Positions 56,241 to 64,000 of a stretch of DNA of 64,000 bases are shown here, piece by piece (position 1 is the first letter of the stretch; every line of letters begins with the position of its first letter). Where the stretch lies: contig OZ024747.1 of NCBI GenBank assembly GCA_964016885.1, positions 76,446,001 to 76,510,000 on the forward strand, read 5' to 3'. This DNA is from Eledone cirrhosa. Lineage: Eukaryota. The translations under genes were made by a program, and so were the position numbers. The notes under the pieces are model-generated. The model was not told the origin of the DNA. It did not search any database and worked only from the letters and a program-made list of their open reading frames with translations.

Positions 56241-57145
56241 ATGTACAGTACACATATACACACACATACACACATATATATATAACAGCAGACACAATGT
56301 ACAATACACATATACACACACATACACACATATATATATAACAGCAGACACAATGTACAGTACACATATACACACACATACACACATATATATATAACAG
56401 CAGACACAATGTACAGTACACATATATTTACAACATACATATATATATACATAACAGCAGACACAATGTACAGTACACATATACACACACATACACACAC
56501 ATATATATATAACAGAAGACACAGTGTACAGTACACACATACACACACACACATACACACATATATATATAACAGCAGACACAATGTACAATACACATAT
56601 ACACACACATACACACATATATATATAACAGCAGACACAATGTACAGTACACATATACACACACATACACACATATATATATAACAGCAGACACAATGTA
56701 CAGTACACATATACACACACATACACACATATATACATAACAGCAGACACAATGTACAGTACACATATACACACACATACACACATATATATATAACAGC
56801 AGACACAATGTACAGTACACATATACACACACATACACACATATATATAACAGCAGACACAATGTACAGTACACATATACACACACATACACACATATAT
56901 ACATAACAGCAGACACAATGTACAGTACACATATACACACACATACACACATATATATATAACAGCAGACACAATGTACAGTACACATATACACACACAT
57001 ACACACATATATATATAACAGCAGACACAATGTACAGTACACATATACACACACATACACACATATATATATAACAGCAGACACAATGTACAGTACACAC
57101 ATACACACACACACACACACATACATATATATACAACAGCAGAGA
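56241..57145. repeat. ~56-bp minisatellite (~16 copies)
   Basis: Unit ACAGCAGACACAATGTACAGTACACATATACACACACATACACACATATATATATA. Confidence 0.96.
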
Positions 57146-57194
57146 CAAACACTGAAATCACACACAGGAAAGAGACAACAGATCTCTACCCCCA

Positions 57195-57488
57195 TGTCTC
57201 TCACCCTCTCCCTCTCTCTCTCTCCTTGTCTCTCTCTTTCTCCTATTCTCTCTCTCTTCTTGTCCCCCCCCTCCCGTCTCTCACCCTCTCCCTCTCTCTA
57301 TTTCCTTGTCTCTCTCCCCCTCTGTCTCTTCCTCTCTCCCCCTCTGTATTTTCCTATCTCACCCTCTCCCTCTCTCTCTCTTTGTCTCTCTCTTCTTCCG
57401 TCTTTCTCTCTCTCACCCCCTCTCTCACCCTCTCCTTGTCTCTCTCCCTCTCTCTCCTGGCCTCTTTCCCTGTCATTCCCCCTCTCTA
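57195..57488. repeat. polypyrimidine (CT-rich) tract
   Basis: Directly visible. Confidence 0.9.
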
Positions 57489-58819
57489 ATATCCAACCGT
57501 TAAAATTACCCGCAATGTTCAACGTTACTGTCACATTCTTTAATTCCTGTTCACCAAATATATTTATTAGTGTATAGTTATATATTGAGCACGGGGACGG
57601 GGGCGTTACATATATGATCAAATGTTAAGATACACGATGTTGGTTTAAGATATTCTCCAATATCTGGCGTCGTATGCCATTAGTAGACACAAGCAATGGT
57701 AGAGTGCAGAATTTACATCGATGTATTTCAAGCACAATATTTTCTCTGGGAGTATTAAGATTGAGTGCAATAACATGTAGTTTAATACAATGGAAGAAAA
57801 TAATGTAAGGAAATGAGAAAATAACAAAGTCATATAACAGACTATAGATACAAAGATGTTGGTAACTATCTGTCTATTTACATATATCACTTTCTTTATC
57901 AGTATAGCTAAAGATTATAATCTTAACGAACAATCTTATATCATTTTGATCTCTTGTCATTTTTTTAAATAATATTTTATAAAATTCCTGCAAGCCACAT
58001 ACACCTGCATAGCTTTAGTAACCTTAAAGGAGAATATATAATGTTTGTACGTCTTGAATGTCATAGTAACTGCAACAAAATAAAACACACTTTTGTGACC
58101 TTTAAATATAATCATACGGTTGACTTTCGAAACAGTACGAAATTGGAAATTGGAAAATATAGTCTCCACCAGGGGCCTCATTTTCCTTTAAAATGTGAAG
58201 AGGAAAAACTATATTGGTTGATTCTTAAAGGAGTATAAATTGCTTAGGGTGCCTTTCCCGGACCCTGTCACATAAGTAACATTTTGCACTAATTTCATAT
58301 ATCCAAATGAAGTTCAGATATTAAAAAAATAAGCTTAAAAAGAATTTATTATATCAAATAAACAAAAAATAAAACATAGGCGTTTGAAAAAGTGGGTGTG
58401 TGTGTGGGGGGGACTTGTCCCCTGGTACCCCCATGAAACAAGGCCATTGGTCCCCACAATGCAAATAACTATAATAACTATGACAATATTTGACTATTAT
58501 AAACAATAATAGAACAACTGGATTAAAGGACACATTATATGTTCATAAGCCTCAGGTGAGACGTGTTTAAACAGTGATGTTTTGCATATTAAGAGACTGG
58601 CAAAATTTGATTGTATGAAAATAAAACCTGAACACAGTTACAAAAAGGTACAGAACGTTTTATGTTTCATATAACATTCAAACAATATCCCATAACCACC
58701 GTGCTTTACCCTAATATGAAAATATAATTATATTTTAACGGTTTCAGAAAATGTAGAACTCTACTAAATATTCCATCGCCACTATATTTTATGTAATTTT
58801 TTCTGTATTATTATTCTTT

Positions 58820-59012
58820 GGGCGGTGGATTGGCAGTATCGGTAGAGGGTCGGACGCCAAGCTTTGTCGCATATAGTTACGGCCCTTGCCATTCTGAGTT
58901 CGAATCCCGCCGAGGTTAACTTTGCCTTTCATCCTTACGGCGTCGATAATATAAAGTACCAGTAATATACTGATAATTGCTGGCCTTCTGCCAAAAAGTA
59001 GACACAATTATT
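58820..59012 (+). mobile_element. full-length SINE-A with TSD
   Basis: Matches the consensus; ATTATTATTCTTTG duplicated at both ends. Confidence 0.93.
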
Positions 59013-60254
59013 ATTCTTTGTGTACTTCTAATGATATGAAATGGTTCTCGAAAATAATATTCCATCAGAAGACCGCCCTAATATTACTATATTATAATAC
59101 TTTCGCTTTTGGGGAGAATGGTGAGTATCTTTGATAATTATTCAATCACCCCAGTCATTAATCTAATATTTCGAAACTATGCTAGTTTATGATAACAATG
59201 AACACAAAAGGCAAACTAGGAGATTATTACAGTATTGGCTTTCATTTCAATTAGGTATATTATATTGTAGAGGAAAGAATATATTGCTATGTTCATACCA
59301 TTCCTGCCAGGAGATAGCTACAGGTATATTGTTTGCTCTACGGCACTCACTACTAAAATTAACTAAACTGTTACTGTTGTTTTTGCCATGTAACGCAAGA
59401 TAAATCGGTATTAATCACTTCTAAAAAACACATTTTATCTTTGAGTATGCCCATCATATTTTAAAAGTATGAAAATGTGTGTTTGTTGACGCTTTTATTG
59501 TGGCATTTATAGCAGGTTTAGAAAATATCTAGAATCGTCCATATGGCCTCGTTTTCTGCTCTCTAATCAATTTGAAATTTCTTTGTCAAATGTTAATGTG
59601 GACATTAAAGAAACATAATTTCCTTCCACCCGAGAACGAAACCGACACCTTCTTACAACTCCTCTATACACATAATTCAAATTTACATTCTATAAGTACC
59701 ATAGTAGTGTTCCTAGTAATATCTTATTAATCTATTTATTTATATGTTGAATACATATTATATGTATTTTTACGAACACCTACTTTGATAAGATATAACC
59801 AACTTGTTTTGTGAGATATTGAAGACTAAAAGTATAGATTTATAAAACCAACATTACACATCCAGAGACATGTGAACATTTTCTGACCGATTCCTTAAAC
59901 ATCTCTCCTTCCCCTACCTCGAGTTCTTCTGATATTCATTTTGAAATTGCAGGAAAAGATATAAATAAATAAGCAAAGAAATAATTGTTAGAGTAAACAG
60001 AACAGCGAAATATGACCCATTTACAAAAACTCATGCTGAAATAAAACACTGGAAGGAACATATCAAGTGTGGATCAAATTATTTCTTATACCTAAAGAAG
60101 CAATTGGTGTAGGAACATAAAATAAACGAATAAAGATATTTTCTTATAAAACATTTTAAGACGTTTTCACAAAATAAGTTGTTGACAGAAAACATATATA
60201 GTAAAGTTTTCATAGAGTAAATCTCTGTAGATTTAAGAATAAGCATAATGTGTG

Positions 60255-60336
<82 letters not shown>

Positions 60337-60363
60337 TGTGTCTGTGTCTGTGTCTGTGTCTGT

Positions 60364-60570
60364 GTCTGTGTTTGCGTGTGTGTGCATGCGTGTGTTAGTT
60401 GTTGGTTTGTACATAGCTGTGAAGATAAGTGAAGTGTTGTGATATATATGTATATTCTTATACGCATACAACCTGATACACACACCGACACACATATATA
60501 TATATATCACCGATACATATATATATCATAAACTATAAACCTACCTACATTCATGCATACACACACAGCA

Positions 60571-60602
<32 letters not shown>

Positions 60603-60728
60603 ATATATATATGTGTGTCGGTGTGTGTATCAGGTTGTATGCGTATAAGAATATACATACATATCACAACACTTCACATATCTTCACAGCTCTGTACAAA
60701 CCAACAACTAACACACGCAAACACAGAC
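60364..60728. repeat. ~140-bp inverted duplication
   Basis: 60364-60515 is the reverse complement of 60595-60728, with an ~80-bp spacer ending in (TA)n. Confidence 0.9.
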
Positions 60729-61011
60729 TCACACACTCTTATACTTACATATACACACACATATCCTCTTAGCTTCGTATGGACGAATAACAAATACATA
60801 CTCACACACTCACACACGTATATACTCGAACACACGTACAGCTGTATATACAAAACGGTCTTAGTTTTCCTTTTACAGCAAGACGCGCTCGATCACTACC
60901 TTTTAAAACAAGATTATCTCACAAAAAACTCCGCAAGTTTTCCTAGAATTCTTTTCGTTTCTGTCACTGCCTGTCTCTCCAATAATTCTATTTCTTCTTT
61001 CATTTCTTATT

Positions 61012-61052
61012 CTATTTTCTGATAAAGGACTAGCGTGCAAAACCTTAAGACA
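61012..61052 (+). ncRNA. decayed copy of the 16921 hammerhead
   Basis: TTCTGATAAAGGACTAGCGTGCAAAACCTTAAGAC versus TTCTGATGAAGGACTAGCGTCCGAAACGTTAAGAC. Confidence 0.6.
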
Positions 61053-61234
61053 CTTTACCTACTATATCAAGTGTAAATCTAATAATATATTTCTTCATTG
61101 TACTGTGTCGTTTGATTTGTTATATATATGCATATATATCGACAATCGATCGACTTTCGTCAAATCGGACCGAGGAAACTATGTTTCCATTGGTCTTTCC
61201 AATTCCTAATACTATCTATCGGTCGCAACTCTTG

Positions 61235-61337
61235 GCAGAAGGAGCAACGTGAAATAAAGAGTCTTGCTCAAGAACATAACGGTCAGGGAATCGAACTGAC
61301 AACCTCACAATTGCGAATCCAATTCTCTAACAACTCA
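61235..61337 (-). mobile_element. degenerate SINE-B head/core
   Basis: GGAGCAACGTGAAATAAAGAGTCTTGCTCAAGAACA...GGAATCGAACT. Confidence 0.7.
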
Positions 61338-62028
61338 TACATATATATACATATACACACACACATATATATACATATATATACACACATATATTTATAA
61401 TATATCAAACAACGATGAATAACAGTCGAAACAATACGCATTTGAGCAGATCAGAGTTAGTGCCACGATGGAGGTTTTTGTGAAAATTATGATGTGAAGA
61501 AGTATAGGAAAGCTAAAGGTTGATACTCGGCGCCTTTTTAAATGTAATCATGTATATTCTAAATATCATCATAAAAAATTCTGGCGAGGAACCGAAGAAA
61601 TCAAAAGTGATTCGACGTCGCAATTATCTGAGTGGCTTCTAATTCTTAAAATGTACTTTTTAAAGTTACTGTCTTTTGAAAGACATAATGCATCAACTTC
61701 CATTTTAAAAAAGTGCTATTTAGCAATCATTTATTTAATAAGTACTGTTTTAGAATAAGTAAAACTGCTCCCATAACGTGACTTTTTATATAAATTTTCT
61801 TGGGATTTCAATGTTTTAAGTATATGAAATTGGGATATTGCATCGCCGCCACCATAAACATGAAATATTGGGAGGATTTAAATTGTTTGTTACTACTACA
61901 CCCTCATTATCATTTCATGTTTTACAGTTCTGCGGATTCTTTTCCGAATTACCTGAGTTAAACATCCCAAAACTAAGAAAAAATATTTCCAGGACAATAG
62001 GACAATATCGCCCCCTCTCTCTCTCTCA

Positions 62029-62096
<68 letters not shown>

Positions 62097-62214
62097 TACA
62101 CACAAATAAACACGCGTACACACACATATCACACACACACACGCACACATACACACATATATATATGTATATATATAGAAAGATTTGAATGGATACAGTT
62201 TAGTAGAAAGGAAT

Positions 62215-62334
62215 TTATTGACACGTGTTTCTATAACAGTTACATAACCTAAAACAGCTGCTATCTACAAACTTTTAGTTATGCAGACATTCAATATTTC
62301 AATGTTATTATTTACTGTCATTTCATCAGAATAA
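62215..62334 (-). ncRNA. type I hammerhead ribozyme
   Basis: TTATT CTGATGA A ATGACAGT...ACTGTTAT A GAAA CACGTG TC AATAA: stem I, 8-bp stem II base with a large insertion, palindromic stem III ACACGTGT, GTC triplet. Confidence 0.85.
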
Positions 62335-62890
62335 TATTACTGGGGACCTATTTCGTTTTTATAGAGAATATTAGGAGGGAGGGGTGAAGTTGTTAGAAGA
62401 ATAGTTGAAGGAGTGGTTTTTCGATAGCAGTGAGAATTCTTGGTGGCAGTGAGTAATTAGATTCCCATCTGTTGTTTTGACATTTTTTATAGAATATATT
62501 ATTGGTTATTTTTCTAAATCTATAGAAGGATTAGAGATAGTAAAGATATGCGTGGTTGGTTTTGTGTTTGCACTTAATTAACATTCAGACTTAAATTTTT
62601 CTTTCAAGTGTACGTATCCTTTCACCCACGCATTCACACACAAATATATTTGCACACCTCTACAAAATACATATACTCACAATTCACATATTCATACTTA
62701 CATATATATACACATGCATACACATATATATACACACATGTATTCATGTACATACATACGCGCTCATGTGTATACATTTTCGTACTCAACTTATCTTTAT
62801 ATACACACGTATAGACACACACATATATACATACATACTCTAGTCCATGTGTACACACATACACATACATACACATCTATATACACATAT

Positions 62891-62948
<58 letters not shown>

Positions 62949-63217
62949 AGCACTTTAATACATGAATACACTTACATCTAACTATACACATCAAATATAT
63001 ATATATATTTACTTATTTATATACATTTTCACATATATATACATACTTATGGACGTTTTTAGACACATTCATTATCGCATATTTGCACCTATTCTCATCA
63101 GCATATCTTTCCATTATTAGTGTGGTAATTTAAGGTTATTAATATATGTTGAGAAGAGATTGTTTTTATATTTTTCTAACTAGATTAAGGTTTATATAGT
63201 TGGGGGATGTCCCTCTT

Positions 63218-63478
63218 TTATGTAATATTCGGCTTGTAGTGGGAAAAAAGGGTTTTAGTTCTGTGACGGCAGAATAATGTTCGTTCAATTCTGTTATTCA
63301 GCAGTTTCTTCTTGTGTGTGATTATGTAATAAATCTCAAGATTACACAATTTGCAGAAATTTTGGCTCCTGGAAAAGCTTTGGGTTTTAGCTAATTTCTC
63401 CCATTTTAGGGTAAACTGTTGATCGCTATCCCTGAGCGTCCAAGCTTTTTCTGCTAAAGTTGTTACATTTCTTTGGCT
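63218..63478 (-). pseudogene. Penelope GIY-YIG endonuclease C-terminal fragment
   Basis: [12 protein letters not shown]...LKWEKL...CKLCNLEIYYI...LLNNR.E...CRH aligns with TALASRIWDLKD...LDWSIL...CTLCINEKFWI...LNTKTE...CPH of the 14224 ORF. Confidence 0.9.
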
Positions 63479-63489
63479 CAAACACACGC

Positions 63490-63521
<32 letters not shown>

Positions 63522-64000
63522 GCGTGTGTTTGTGTGTGTGTGTGTAAAAACGTATATGTGTGTGTATCTGTGTGTATGTATGTGTATGTATGTGTGTGTG
63601 AGTGCGAGTGTATGTGCGAGCGTGTGTGTGTGTGCGTGCGTGTTTGTGCGTGTCTGTGTGTGTGTGTGTCTTTGTGTGTGTGTGTGCTGTAACTTCCCAT
63701 AAGGAAAGTGACAATTACTCAGCTGCATAAAACAAGTAAAACAACTATACAAAGAAACTGCTATTAATAATAACTAACAAGTTCAGAAAAGAAAAGAAAC
63801 GAAGTAATTTTCACTGAAATATGAGAGTAGTGAACCATGAAGCATTAAACTATGCAACTTGTTTCTCTATTGATACTATTGATCTTGCAGCCACCTGCAA
63901 AGAATTCTTATTAGCGACGTGAAAAATAACAAGGAATATTGAAGAAAAAAAAGTATATCTTTTTTCTTTAAATAAAACAAAAAGAAAAGCTATAGTTCAA

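Larger units (their letters stand above)
62177..63478 (-). mobile_element. 5'-truncated Penelope-like element (second family)
   Basis: GIY-YIG C-terminus followed by a ~1-kb microsatellite-rich 3' UTR and a hammerhead, ending at (TA)n. Confidence 0.82.

Noticed and set aside
58170-58450. hAT-like terminal motifs (GGGGCCTCA...CCGGACCCTG)
   Set aside because: No matching second terminus or TSD could be identified.

Overview
AT-rich, microsatellite-dense eukaryotic DNA with no recognisable host protein-coding exon. The repeat inventory resembles an octopod/cephalopod genome, which is an inference from SINE types and (TA)n/(CA)n density. Almost all ORF-track entries are artefacts of simple repeats. 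The real content is mobile DNA: (1) a nearly intact Penelope-like retroelement (RT + C-terminal GIY-YIG, Hydra-clade-like, one in-frame TAA) at ~12.9-16.5 kb, plus several truncated Penelope-like ends; (2) about ten type-I hammerhead ribozyme motifs of the minimal, palindromic-stem-III kind typical of Penelope pseudo-LTRs; (3) an RTE-clade LINE with a twin-priming-type 5' inversion; (4) Helitron remnants, a hAT MITE with 8-bp TSD and a piggyBac-type MITE; (5) many tRNA-derived SINEs, including six copies stacked at one site; (6) a 7.2-kb 16-bp satellite and several minisatellites. The most unusual pattern is a recurring architecture, (TA)n - extension - inverted arm - direct arm - (TA)n, seen at six loci. 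Three of these carry hammerhead sequence, which suggests that both ends of a cut TA microsatellite prime reverse transcription.
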